Below, in pieces: positions 10,591 to 22,200 of a DNA stretch of 64,000 nucleotides. The notes beneath the pieces were generated by a model. That model was not told the DNA's origin, did not search any database, and was given only the letters and a program-made list of their open reading frames with translations. The position numbers and the translations under genes are program-made. Numbering within the stretch: position 1 is the first letter of the stretch; every line of letters begins with the position of its first letter. The stretch is taken from positions 10,480,001 to 10,544,000 of the forward strand of contig CM075992.1 in assembly GCA_038087875.1 (NCBI GenBank), in the 5' to 3' direction. This DNA is from Malacoraja senta (lineage: Eukaryota).

Positions 10591-10899
10591 ATTTCTGACA
10601 CAAAGTTTGCTGGTTTAGCCGTGACTCGGGAAACCATCCTCTGCATAATATAATCAATTCTTTGACTTGCAGACTCTGAAAAGACCGTTCCTGCTGCTCG
10701 GGTTGTTAAACCAAACCCTGGTCGTGCTCACTGCAGATTGCAGGGATAGGACCAAACAGCAGTATTTCCTCATAAGGAGATGGGGGTATTTGTTTTATGT
10801 TTATATTACATTTAATTCGGCACGGAAAACTGACGTCTTAAAGGTCAGATTATATGGGGTTGACAATCGTTAAGTTCAAGTGCTATTGACTGTGCCTAA

Positions 10900-11620
10900 A
10901 GTGCCTTCTCATCATGTTGGTTGCGGGGAGCAAAATGCACTCTGGCGGGTCTCACCCTCTCAGATTTAGGTTATGAAGGATATCTTCAACTCAAAACCTC
11001 CTAGGCCTAGGTAGGCAGAGATATGGGATGTTAACATAGTGCTACGTCGCTTCACTGGTGGGATCCAGCTACACCCTTGTCCTTGGTCAAACTCACTTAC
11101 AAGTGGTTATGCTCATGGCGCTGAGTTCAGCGCAACGGGTCCAGTCATGGCATTAGCAGGGACTGGACAGGATGATCATATCTGCGGGCTAAATAACATT
11201 TTATGTTTATGACTTAGGCAAGCAGAGTAGACCAGGGGCAACAGGTCTCAAACTAGATTGTTTGCATATCTCATGGACCTTCGGTTGTGTGTGGTACATC
11301 TACACCAGAATGTAAAGGTCACTAAGAGCCTTAGAGACACTGAACTAGCAATGTTGTCAGTTACATAAAGCCTCGTAAGAATGTATCACTACAGACCATC
11401 TCCAGGTTGTTAAAACGGGTCTGGTTTATACAGGAGTGAACACTGACATTTTCAAGTCTCACTCCACCAGGGCTTCAAGAACCTCAGCAGCAGAGTTATG
11501 GACGTTAGATGGACCACATCCTGGCGGCTGCAGGGTGGTCTACTAAAAGATTTTTTCCAAACGTTTAGAACTAACCCATTACAGATTGGGGGTATTTGCC
11601 AACTCTATGTTAGGTTCTGT
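10900..11620 (+). pseudogene. DIRS tyrosine recombinase remnant
   Basis: MKDIFNSKPPRPR..EIWDVNIVL, VVMLMALSSAQRVQS, FKSHSTRASRTSAA and ILAAAGWST motifs. Confidence 0.85.
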
Positions 11621-11975
11621 TTCATAGTTTCCTCCGGGTTGAGGGAGGTTACTATTATCATTATTAATTAAAAGCATCAACATGTCTATATCTATGTCAT
11701 GTCTGAATGCATTATTCATGTTCACTCATCATTGGTCAACTGATGCAGTGTGTGACGCATGGATTAGTTTCCACGGCATGAAATCACAGAGCTTTAAAAT
11801 CTTCACGTAATCACTACCGTGACTCCGAAGTAAAATAGTAAGATTAAACGAGAACTTACCAGTTTGAAGTTTGATCTATATTTCATGAGGAGTTACGTTG
11901 AGGGATTACGTGCCCTCCATGTCGAACCCTCTATCATAAAGGTCAGCTGGTACTCTAGTTATCTTATCTTACTAT

Positions 11976-12295
11976 CATGGCCACAGCGAGCAACACCGTA
12001 AATTGGAGGAAATGCACCTCATATTCTGCTTGGGCAGTCTACATCCTGGTGGCCTGAACGTTGAATTCTCCCAATTCTGCTAGCCCTGGCTGTCCCCTCC
12101 CCCTTCATCAGCCATCTGGTTGTCTCCTCCCCTCCCCCAGCCCTCGGGCTCCTCCCCCTCCTTTTCCTTTTTTCCTTTCTTCTCTCCCCACCCCCTATCA
12201 GTCTGAAGAAGGGTTTCGGCCCGAAACGTTACCTATTTCCTTCGCTCCATAGATGCTGCTGCACCCGCTGAGTTTCTCCAGCATTTTTGTGTACC
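11976..12295 (+). mobile_element. Penelope-like element 3' fragment inserted in the DIRS right-terminal region
   Basis: KLEEMHLIFCLGSLHPGGLNVEF (end of the GIY-YIG domain) followed by a pLTR-like tail. Flanked by 15-bp direct repeat ATCTTATCTTACTAT (11961-11975 and 12296-12310). Confidence 0.85.
12196..12236 (+). ncRNA. Minimal hammerhead-ribozyme core of Penelope type
   Basis: CTGAAGA-A-GGG TTTCGG CCC-GAAAC-GTT matches CUGAnGA...stem II...GAAAC-GUH. Confidence 0.65.
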
Positions 12296-12469
12296 ATCTT
12301 ATCTTACTATGTTTAGTTCGGCTTCTGTTATCTGTGATTTCACACCGCTGCTTTGAAGATTGACGTGCATGCATGCTGGCCGGGTCTTCACGTAATCCCT
12401 CAACGTAACTCCTCATAAAATAAAGATCAAACTTCAAACTGGTAAATTCTCGTTTAATCTTACTATTAT

Positions 12470-13035
12470 TAGATATTTGCATCCTAACCTTTTGCAAATA
12501 TGCAGGCACGAGTCAGGACATACAGCTCAGCTTCCTGAGCAGACGTTCCGGTTGATAAAGCATATGCCTCCAGCACTAGGTGGGGTGTGACTACTGAATG
12601 TCCTGCTAATAATCTGTCATCGCTAGGTCGGTGTAAAAAGCCATCAGTAAATAGTACCAGGTCACGATTATCAATCGGATGATTCTGTAAGTCCAGCCGT
12701 GGAGTGGCAGCGGATTCCAAAAGCAATAGACAATCTTTGTCACAGTCTTCTTCTGCCTTCCTGCAACTGGAATCCCAGATACTGTACAGTAGGCTGGCAG
12801 AACTCTAATTTTCCCAGGGATACTTTATGACCTCTTGCTGCCAAATGTTGCAGCAAATTAATTGATTCTTCATCATAATCAGGACCTGTCACAGACGCTA
12901 AAAAAAGGATCAAAGTAGACCTCTCTGATAATTGTCATTCTTCCAGATTATTTTTTCATTGCTGCTGCATATACGGCCGGGCTTTCAGGGGTAGCCTAGT
13001 CCAGGTATATTGTTCATCTTTGTAGGCAAAAGCAA
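12470..13035 (-). pseudogene. ERV pol connection and RNase H N-terminal half
   Basis: ORF 12484-12726 reads PRLDLQNHPI...LFTDG...AGHSVVT...LEAYALSTGTSAQEAELYVLTRAC, typical of gamma/epsilon-type retroviral RNase H. Confidence 0.85.
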
Positions 13036-13039
13036 CCAG

Positions 13040-13365
13040 GAACTAGCTGTTTTTATGCCGAGGTTTGGTGCCGCGTGCGGCAGTCTCGACAGCAGCTGTC
13101 CGTCATTTCTTCCTTTTTTGTTATTTTTAGTCTGTCTAAATGTATCATTTTAGAGGTATTTTAGTATTTTTTATGTGGGGGTGGGGGGTGGGAGGGGCAA
13201 AAGGGGAAACTTTTTTCCCAGTCCCTAACTGATAGAGGATGCTTCTTTCCTCCGAGCCGCATCTACGCCCCCCCCCCTCGTGGCATACCATCTGGATTGG
13301 CGCGGCCTCTCCAATCATCCCGGCGAGAGGGCCTGAAACGTCGGGCCATCCGTATCGGCGACTGT
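13040..13365 (+). mobile_element. 5' fragment of a non-autonomous retroposon family
   Basis: Resembles the reverse complement of 47160-47275 and, further 3', 1811-1900. Confidence 0.45.
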
Positions 13366-13439
13366 CTATATTACAATAATTTCAATTTATCATTATTAAC
13401 TTTTACGATTCTTCTGTTTCCTTCTCATCGAAGGTTCCG

Positions 13440-13818
13440 TCTGCGCGATGCAGTTTACATCTGGTAGCATGTACCCAATCGGGTTTTTCTTTAACTTTTG
13501 CTGCTGTTCGTGTTGTTAGTCGCACCAAATATGGTCCTTTCCATCTAGGAGAGAAATAATCTTTATCCATTTCTCACACATACACCTGATCTCCTGGTTT
13601 AAATGGGTGCAAATTTCCTTCTCTCGGAGGGACTGCTTAACTTCCTCATAAATGTAACAACTATTTCACACATGGCTAATTAGAGTTCCCATCTTTCTCA
13701 AGGCATATATCACAATCGGCATGGCGACTTGACAAAATGACATATTTTGCTGGCATGCTTTGGCAAAATGTGCTTTTGTCTCTCCATTTTCTCTTTCTAC
13801 CACCTCCGAGGACTGTTG
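13440..13818 (-). pseudogene. ERV integrase core end and C-terminal GPY/F domain
   Basis: QSSEVVERENGETKAHFAKAC ... LHPFKPGDQVYV*...FSPRWKGPYLVRLTTRTAAKVKEKPDWVHATRCK. Confidence 0.85.
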
Positions 13819-13819
13819 T

Positions 13820-14021
13820 ACCGTGAAATGGGTGGACTATGTATAAACAATGCTGTAATTTATACATGGTGAAACCAATATGTATAAAACTGGCCTATAT
13901 TCAAATTTGACAATGTGCACTGTAAACACATGATTTTTTCTATTCAATTCTCAAATTGTGGAGTACAGAGGCAAATAAATAAATGAGGGGTTTTGTCCAA
14001 ACCATTATGGAGGGCATTGTA
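13820..14021 (+). mobile_element. Solo right terminal repeat of a Tc1-family transposon
   Basis: Matches 61857-62052; ends CCATTATGGAGGGCATTG-TA. Confidence 0.75.
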
Positions 14022-14184
14022 TGTCGTTTACATTGTTCATGAAGAGAAGGATAGTCGGGCTGGAGAACGAGAAATATCATATGGGTGTGTTGAAACAGGC
14101 ATTAATGGCGTTTGGCTGTACGCATGTAGTCTGTATGTAAATAGATCAGGCAGTTAAGATGTGAACCATTATTGTAGTTTCTAT

Positions 14185-14860
14185 ATTCATAGAGTGATAC
14201 AGCGTGAAAGCAGGCTCTTCGGACCAACTTGCGCACAACGGCCAACTGGTCCCAGATAAACAATCTCCACCTGCCGCATTCGGCCCATATCCCTCAAATA
14301 TGTCCAATCCATGTACCTGTCTAACTGCTTCTGAAACGTAGGGATAGTACCTGCCTCAACTACCTCTTCTGGCAGTGTGATCCATCACCCCATACTTTGT
14401 GTGGACAATTTGGCCCTTAAATTCCTATTAAATCTTTTCCTTTAATCTTAAACAAATGTCCTCCGGTCTTCATTCACCTACAAGCAAGAGATTTGTGCAA
14501 CTACCCGATCTATACCTCTCATGATTTTATGCACCTCTACATGATTACCCCTCATCATCCTGTACTCCAACGAATAGAGTCCCAGCCTAGTCAACCTCTC
14601 CATGTAGCTGAAGCACTCTAATCCTGGCAAAATCCTCGTAAATTTCTCTGCTCAACAAACTCTTCAGATCTCTACGATTTACTGCGTTGGTCATGCCCAT
14701 GTTAGACTTTCCAAAATGCAACACCTCACATTATTTTGTGTTGAAATCCGACTGGACAATGGATTAAGAACTTGCTGTAATTTTTCAAAACAATCCTCAC
14801 TTTCTGCAAAATTGCTGACATTTGCATCATCTGCAAACTTGCTAATGGTGCCATGTTTGT
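14185..14860 (-). mobile_element. CR1/L2-type LINE 3' fragments
   Basis: Decayed LINE tail sequence. Minus-strand GTISKFADDANV-type RT motif near 14815-14850. Confidence 0.55.
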
Positions 14861-15269
14861 TCGTATCCATATAATTGATACAGATGTCAATGATTCTTTG
14901 ACATCTACAGTCTCTGTAGCACCTACATCACAGATTTTGCAGCTGAACACCATTAAGTACAGCACAAAACACGGTTCCCAATCATTCACGTCAAATGCGG
15001 ACGTGTGCTACACCGCAGCCAAAGCTGACATTTGCTCCAAATGCTCGCTTCAACCTGATTGATTAACATCGAGTAGATTAGTGGAGAAGCGACGAATAAA
15101 ACATTGCGTGCAATGCGTTGGACATGATCCCTGGTGACTAACAGCGTCGTTATATCCTATCTCCTTATTCACAATTCGAACCGAATTAGCACAATACAAT
15201 ACCATTCCGTTTATTGCTTTTTGAACCTCAGATTAAGTTCAAAGGAAATTTGGTTTCTGCAGTCATACA

Positions 15270-16211
15270 ACAAGAAAATAACCAAGCCGCACACCAACAC
15301 AATTTTGGTCCCACAACCCCTCCCCGCCCACACATCCCCCTCCACCCACAAAGTCCCCGCCCCCATACCCCTCCCCCACAACACCCTCCCACCACCACAC
15401 CCATTCCTCCCACAATCCCATCGCCCCCTCAACACCCTCCGCCCCTATAATCCGCCGCACATTCAACAACCCCCCCGCCCTCAACACTCCAAGCCATAAC
15501 TCCCGCCCAAACACCATTCCCCGACATCCCCCCCCGCGCGCATCCCTCCGCTCCGCTCGCAGGCCCCCTCTGCCCCACACACCCACCCGCCCACACACCC
15601 ACTCCCACAAACAAACACCCTTCCCAAAACATCCCCGCCCTCACACTCCCTACCGCCACAAGACCCCTGCCCACATATCCCTCCTACCCCCACATACCCC
15701 CGATCTCAAAAACCCCCGCCCCCACAACCCTGCTCCCCACCCACACACGCCCCTCCCACACAGCCGACCCACCCGCCCACACACCCCTGCACCCGGCCAC
15801 AAACACCCCCTCCCCCACACACCCGCCCTCCTGAATCACTCCTCCGCCCCTCCCACACACATCCACAGCTCCCTTCGCAACCTACACCGCAACCGCCACA
15901 ACTCCCTCCCCTACAACCCCATCCCCCTACACCACCCCTCCGACACTTCCACGCCCACACACACACCCCTCGCTTCCTCCCCACTGCACCACTCCCCGCC
16001 ACCCCCCGCCACACTCTCCACTTCCATCTCCCCATTCCCTCCTCCCATTGCGCACATTAACAGGAGGCGGAAGTGTGCTGGGGATGACGGGAGATGAGCC
16101 GCGCCAGCGCAGTTAGGGACTGTGGGTGAGCGGTGGAAAATTGCGTAATGGGAATATAATGCGTTGGGGGAATATTACGTGGGGAATAGGCACGGGTCCC
16201 ACTTACTCTAG
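15270..16211 (+). mobile_element. Helitron-like non-autonomous element 3' part with C-rich degenerate repeats
   Basis: Ends CGGGTCCCACTTACTCTAG-T, homologous to the hairpin+CTAG end at 42080-42107. Confidence 0.55.
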
Positions 16212-16266
16212 TCTCTCTTTTAACCACTCCAAACCATGTGCCCAGCAGTGTAACTTTTACATGCTA

Positions 16267-17882
16267 CTAGACCACGTGTCACCCGTTGGATCCCATCCCC
16301 TCAACGAGCGGTTGCGGGGGCGGGGGGGGGGGGGCTGCGACGTCACACATACACATTATCCACCCCCACACACACTAACCCCTCTTTCATATTTTATTAA
16401 CATTATTCATTCGCTCCTTCTCCCCCATCGACGCCCTATCCACTCACTCGCGGCTAGCGAGGGAGGAAGTGGAGAGGGCTTGGGTGGAGAGCAATGGGAG
16501 GGTGGTAGAGAGGCAGAGGATGAAGAGGGTGGGCGAGCGGTATAGAGAGGGAGGGGCCGTAGAGAGTGTGGTGGTAGAGAGAGAGCGGGGTTAGAGAGCG
16601 AGGGGGTTAAAGAGGGAGGGGGTAGAGAGGGAGGGGGCAGAGAGGGAGGGGGCAGAGAGGGAGGGGAAAGAGAGGGCCGGGGGTAGAGATGGAGGAGTGG
16701 TAGAGAGGGAGGGGAGGTGGGTAGAGAGGGAGGTGTAGGGGGTGAGCGAGGGATGGGTAAGCGTCAGAGGGGAGGACGGCTCCAAATGCAATACCACTCA
16801 CCTATAGGTCGCAATACTCACCACTCCCTGGAGAAGGAGGGAGGTAGTGAGGGAGTGGTGGTAGATAGGGTGTGGTGGTAGAGGGAAAGGGGGAATAGAC
16901 GGAGGCAGAGAGGGAGAATGAGATGGCAGAGAGAGAGGGAAGAGAGAGAGTGAGAGGGCAGAGAGAGATGGCAGAGATGAGAGATGAGAGAAATGACAGG
17001 CAGAGCGTGTGGGCAGAGAGGGCAGCGAGGGGCGAGAGGTCAGAGAGGGAGAGAGAGAAAATAGGCCAGAGGGAGCGGGTAGAGAGAGGAGAGAGGACAT
17101 GGAGATAGAGGGCCGAGAGAGATAAGGCAGAGAGTGAGACCGAGGCCAGAGAGAAACAGTGCAGAGAGAGACAGTGAGCGGAGAGTGAGAGAAATTGTGC
17201 AGAGCGAAAGAGAGGGCTAGGAAAGCGAGACTGATGAGAGAGGAGGCAGCGAGAGGCAGAGAGAGAGAGAGAGGCTGAGAGTTAGAGAATCACAGAGAGA
17301 CGCAGAGAGAGGCACAGTGAGAGAGGCAGAGCGAGAGGCAGAGAGAGAGGCAGTGAGAGAGGCAGAGAGAGAAAATGAGAGAGAGAGAGAGCGAGAGGCA
17401 GAGAGAGAGAGAGAGAGAGCGAGAGAGGCAGAGAGAGAAAGAGGCAGAGAGAGGCAGAGAGGCAGTGAGGCAGAGAGAGCAGAGAGAGCAGAGAGAGCAG
17501 AGAGCAGAGAGAGCAGAGAGGGAGAGGCAGAGAGAGAGAGAGAGGGGCAGAGAACGAGCATAGAGAGAGGCAGAGAGAGTATAGAGAGAGAGGCAGATAG
17601 AGAAATAGTGGCGGGGAGAGAGGGGGGCAGAGAGAGAGAGGCCGACACAGAGAGGCACAGAAAGAGGCGGAGAGAGAAAGAGGCACAGAGATAGAGACGC
17701 AGAGAGAGAGATAGTCAGAGAGCGACACACAGGGCGGCAGAGAGAGGCAGAGAGAGAGAGAGTGGCAGAGAGGAAGAGGCAGAGGGATAGAGAGCGGGGG
17801 CAGAGTGAGAGAGATAGATAGAGAGAGAGAGGGAGAGACAGGAAGATAGAGAGAGGGAGAGAGGGAGAGAGAGGGAGAGAGT

Positions 17883-17969
<87 letters not shown>

Positions 17970-18655
17970 TGGAGAGAGAAAGGCTCCACCGGCGGCTTCT
18001 TTTACGGTGCAGTTCACGGCCCCATCCCAAGCCACGGGCACCGCCCTCACTCCAGCTCCATGCTCTGCTCCAGCGCAGGCCCAGCCGCTCATTCGGACCG
18101 CGGGCGGGCGTCGATGAACCTGACCCCTGCTCGTCCTTGCTTCCATCGGCGGCTTCTTTATCTGCGCCGTTTGCGGCCCCATCCCAAGCCCCGAGTACGG
18201 CCCTCACTCCAGCTCCAGGCTCTGGTCCAGACCAGGCCCAATCGCCGGGCTAGGCCCGCGGTAGTAGACTCCCCACCAGGGAGAGGGCGGGCGACGACGA
18301 CCCTGACCCCTGCTCATCCTTGGATCACCGGCGGCTTCTTTTTCGGCGCTGGTCACGGCCCCATCCCCATCTTCAAAATGTCGTAGGAGAGCTTGAGTGC
18401 CCCTCCCACGCGGTGTCCCGTCGTGCCTTGTGAGTCGATTGTGACGTGAATCGATTTTTTTCCCTCGAAATTTTGATGCTGTTGTCAAGCGTTATTTACT
18501 TCAGAAATAGAGGTTGAAATGCGACACGAAGATTTTTTATCGCTTCCGTGGTTTGGAAGAAGATTCAAATTAAGGAGATGAAGAGAAAGTCAAAACAACC
18601 CCGCAAACAAACAGTCGTTTAGAATGTCGAGAACAAATGGAAGAGTTTTAACATA
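16267..18655 (-). mobile_element. Helitron-like non-autonomous element carrying GA-rich microsatellites
   Basis: A-CTAGACCACGTGTCACCCGTTGGATCCC terminus at 16267, shared with 18659. GA-rich interior, then a GC-rich ~130-bp duplicated segment at 17985-18370. Confidence 0.55.
16850..17980. repeat. GA-rich / (GA)n microsatellite
   Basis: Degenerate GAGAGAGGCA units ending in a pure (GA)n run at 17885-17963. Confidence 0.9.
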
Positions 18656-18658
18656 ATA

Positions 18659-19240
18659 CTAGACCAAGTGGGACTCGTTGGGTCCCGTCCGCTCAACGCG
18701 CGGTTGCGGCGTAAATCCCACACGCTAACCCCCCCCCCCCCACCCCCCACACAGACACTCTACAACCCCCCCCCCCCTTGATATAATATTAATATTAATA
18801 ATTTGCTCCTTTCCCCCCCAACCCCCGCCCTATCCTCACACTCATAGACCCCAACTGCGCAGGTGCGGTTAGAGAGGGCGAGGGAGGGGGGTGTCGAGAT
18901 GCAGAGGGAGGGGGTAGAGAGGGAGACGGTAAGGGGTATTCAGAGGGAGTGTAGAGAGAAGGGGAGAGGGTAGAGATTGAGGGGTAGGTGGGGCGCACGG
19001 CGTCAAAGGGGTGGCTGGTCCCCGAACGCAATACTCCACCACTCACCCGTAGTTGTCAAAAGTCAACACTCCCCAGAGCGGAGGGATAGAGAAAGGGAGA
19101 AGGGGCAGAGAGGGTGGGGGGCTGAGAGGGAGGGGGGCTGAGAGGGAGGGGCCAAAGAGGGAGGGGGCAGAGAGGGAGGGGGAGAGAGGAAGTGTGGGCA
19201 GAGAGGGAGGGGGCGGGCAAAAAGGGAGGGTGGCAAAGAG
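18659..19240 (-). mobile_element. Helitron-like element 3' end abutting the 40-bp satellite
   Basis: A-CTAGACCAAGTGGGACTCGTTGGGTCCC (hairpin + CTAG on the minus strand). Collinear with 16267-16850. Confidence 0.6.
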
Positions 19241-22200
19241 GGAGAGTTCAGGCAGAAAATCCAACGTCACAGCACTCCAAGCAGAGTGCAGGCAGCAGGT
19301 CCAGCCTCACAGCACTCGAGGCTGAGTGCAGGCAGCAAGTCCAACCACACAGCAAGCAGATTGCAGGCAGCAGGTCCAACCTCACTGCACTCCAAGCAGA
19401 GTGAAGGCAGCAAGTCCAACCTCACAGCACTCCAAGCAGAGAGCAGGCAGCAAGTCCAACCTCACAGCACTCCAAGCAGAGTGCCGGCAGCAAGTCAAAC
19501 CTCACAGCACTCCAAGCATAATGCAGGCATCAATTCCAAACCTACAGCACCCCAAACAGCGTTCGGGCAGCAAGTCCAACCTCACAGCCCTCGAACAAAA
19601 CGTGCAGGCAGCAAATCCAAACTCACAGCACTCCAAGCAGAGAGTGGGCAGCAATTCGAACATCACAGCACTCCAAGCGGACAGCAGGCAGCAAGTCCAA
19701 CGTCACAGCAGTCGAAGCTGAGTGCAGGGGGCAAGTCCAACCTCACAGCCAACAGAGTGCAGGTAGCAAGTCCAAACTCACAGCACTCCAAACAGAGTGC
19801 ATGCAGCACGTCCAAATTCACAGCACTCCAATCATAGTGCAGGCAGCGAGTCCAAACCTACAGCACCCCAAGCAGAGCTCAGGCAGCAAGTCCAAACTCA
19901 CAATAGTCCAAGCAGAGAGTGGGCAGCAATTCGAACAGCACAGCACTCGAAGCAGAGAGCAGGCAGCAAGTCCAAGCTCACAGCCGTCCAATAAGTGTGG
20001 AGGCAACAAGTCCAATGACACAGCACTCCAAGCAGAGTGCGGGCAGCAAGATCAACCTCACATCAATCGAAGCTGAGTACAGGCAGCACGACCAACCTCA
20101 CACCAAGCAGATTGCAGGCAGAAAGTACAACCTCACAGCATTATAAGCAGAGTGCAGGTAGCAAGTCCAACCTCACAGCACACCAAGCATAGTACAGGCA
20201 GCAGGTCCAACCTCACAGCACTCCAAGCAGAGTATAGGTAGCAAATCCGAACTCACAGCACTCCAAGCAGAGTGCAGGCAGGAAGTCTAACCTCACAGCA
20301 CTGCAAGCAGATTTCAGGTAGCAAGTCAAACCTTACAGCCAGCAGAGTGCAGGCAGAAAATCCAACTTCGCAGCACTCCAAGCAGAGAGCAGACAGCGAG
20401 TTCAACCTCACAGCACTCGAAGCAGAATGCAGGCAACAAGTCCAACCTCATAAGACTCCAAGAAGAGTACAGGTAGCAAGTCAAACATCACAGCAAGCAG
20501 AGTGCAGGCAGCAAGTCCAACCTCACAGTATTCCAAGCAGAGAATAGGCAGCAAGTCCAACCTCACAGCACTCCAAGATTAGTGCAGGTAGCAAGTCAAA
20601 CCTCACAGCCAGCAGAGTGCAGGTAGCAAGTCCAAACTCACAGCACTCCAAGCAGAGTGCATGCAGCAAGTCCAACCTCACAGCAGTACAAGCAGTGTGC
20701 AGGCAACACGTCCAACCTTACAGCACTCCAAGCAGAGTGCCGGCAGCAAGTCTAACCTCACAACAATTCAAGCATAATGCAGGCAGCAAGTCCAAACCTA
20801 CATCACCCGAAACAGGGTTCAGGCAGCAAGTCCAAACTCACATCCATCGAAGCAACGTGCAGGCAGCAAATCCAACCTCACAGCACTCCAAACAGAGAGT
20901 GGGCAGCAATTCGAACATCACAGCACTCCAAACGGAGAGCAGTCAGCAATTTCAACCTCACAGCACTACAAGCAGTGTCCAGGCAGCAAATCCAACCTCA
21001 CAGCACTCCAAGCAGTGTGACGGCAGCAAGTCCAACCTCACAGCACTCGAAACTGGGTGCAGGCAGCAAGTCCAACCTCACAGCCAGCAGAGTGCAGGCA
21101 GGAAGTTCAAACTCACTGCACTCCAACGTGTGCAGGCAGCAAGTCCGACTTCACAGCACTCCAATCATAGTGCAGGCAGCAAGTCCAAACCTACAGCACC
21201 CCAAGCAGAGCCCAGGCAGCAAGTCTAAACTCACAGCAGTCCAAGCAGAGAGTGGGCAGCAATTCGAACATCACAGCACTCCAAGCAGAGAGCAGGCAGC
21301 AAGTCCAAGCTCACAGAATTCCAAGCAGTGTGGAGGCAACAAGTCCAACGTTACAGCACTCCAAGAAGAGTGCGGGCAGCAAGTCCAACCTCACATCACT
21401 CGAAGCTGAGTGCAGCTAGCAAGTCAAACCTTGCAGCCAGCAGAGTGCAGACAGAAAACCCAACCTCACAGCTATCCAAGCAGAGAACAGGCAGCAAGTC
21501 CAACCTCACAGCACTCCAAGCAGAGTGCAGTAGCAAGTCCAACCTCACAGCACGCCAAGATTAGTGCAGGTAGCAATTCAAACCTCACAGCCAGCAGATT
21601 GCATGCAGCAAGTCCAAACTCACAGCAGTCCACGCAGTTTGCAGGCAACAAGTCCAACCTTACAGAACTCCAAGCATAGTGCAGGCAGCAAGGCCCTCAC
21701 AGCATTCCAAGCTGAGTGCAGGCTGCAAGTCCAAACTCACAGCAAGCAAATTGTAGGCTGAATGTCCAAACTCACAGCATACCAAGCATAGCGCAGGCGG
21801 CTGGTATAACCTCACAACACTCCAAGCAGAGTGCAGGAAGCAAGTCCAAACTCACAACACTCTATGCAGTGTGCAGGCAGCAAGTTCAAACTCACAGCAC
21901 TCCAAGCAGAGTGCAGGTGGCAAGTCAAACCTCACAGCCAGCAGAGTGCAGGCTGCAAGTCCAACCTCGCATCACTCCAAGCAGAGAGAAGGCCGCAAGT
22001 CCAAACTCACAGCACTCCAAGCAGTGTGCCGGCAACAAGTCCAACCTCACAGCAGTCTAAGAAGAGTGCAGGTAGCAAGTCCAAACCTACAGCACCCCAA
22101 ACAGTGTTCAGGGAGGTCTCCAAGAAGAGTGCAGGCAGCAGGTCCAACCTCACAGCACTCCAAGCAGAGTGCATGCAGCAAGTCCAACCTCACAGCACTC

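Larger units (their letters stand above)
7396..12466 (+). mobile_element. DIRS1-like tyrosine-recombinase retrotransposon, full-length outline, coding regions decayed
   Basis: Left terminus TATATTACTTCGGATTCACGG; right ITR ~12360-12466; internal complementary region ~11800-11912 complementary to both ends. Contains methyltransferase and recombinase remnants. Confidence 0.9.

Noticed and set aside
15134..18253. Long ORFs rich in P/H/T, S/L or E/R
   Set aside because: Translations of C-rich and (GA)n low-complexity sequence.
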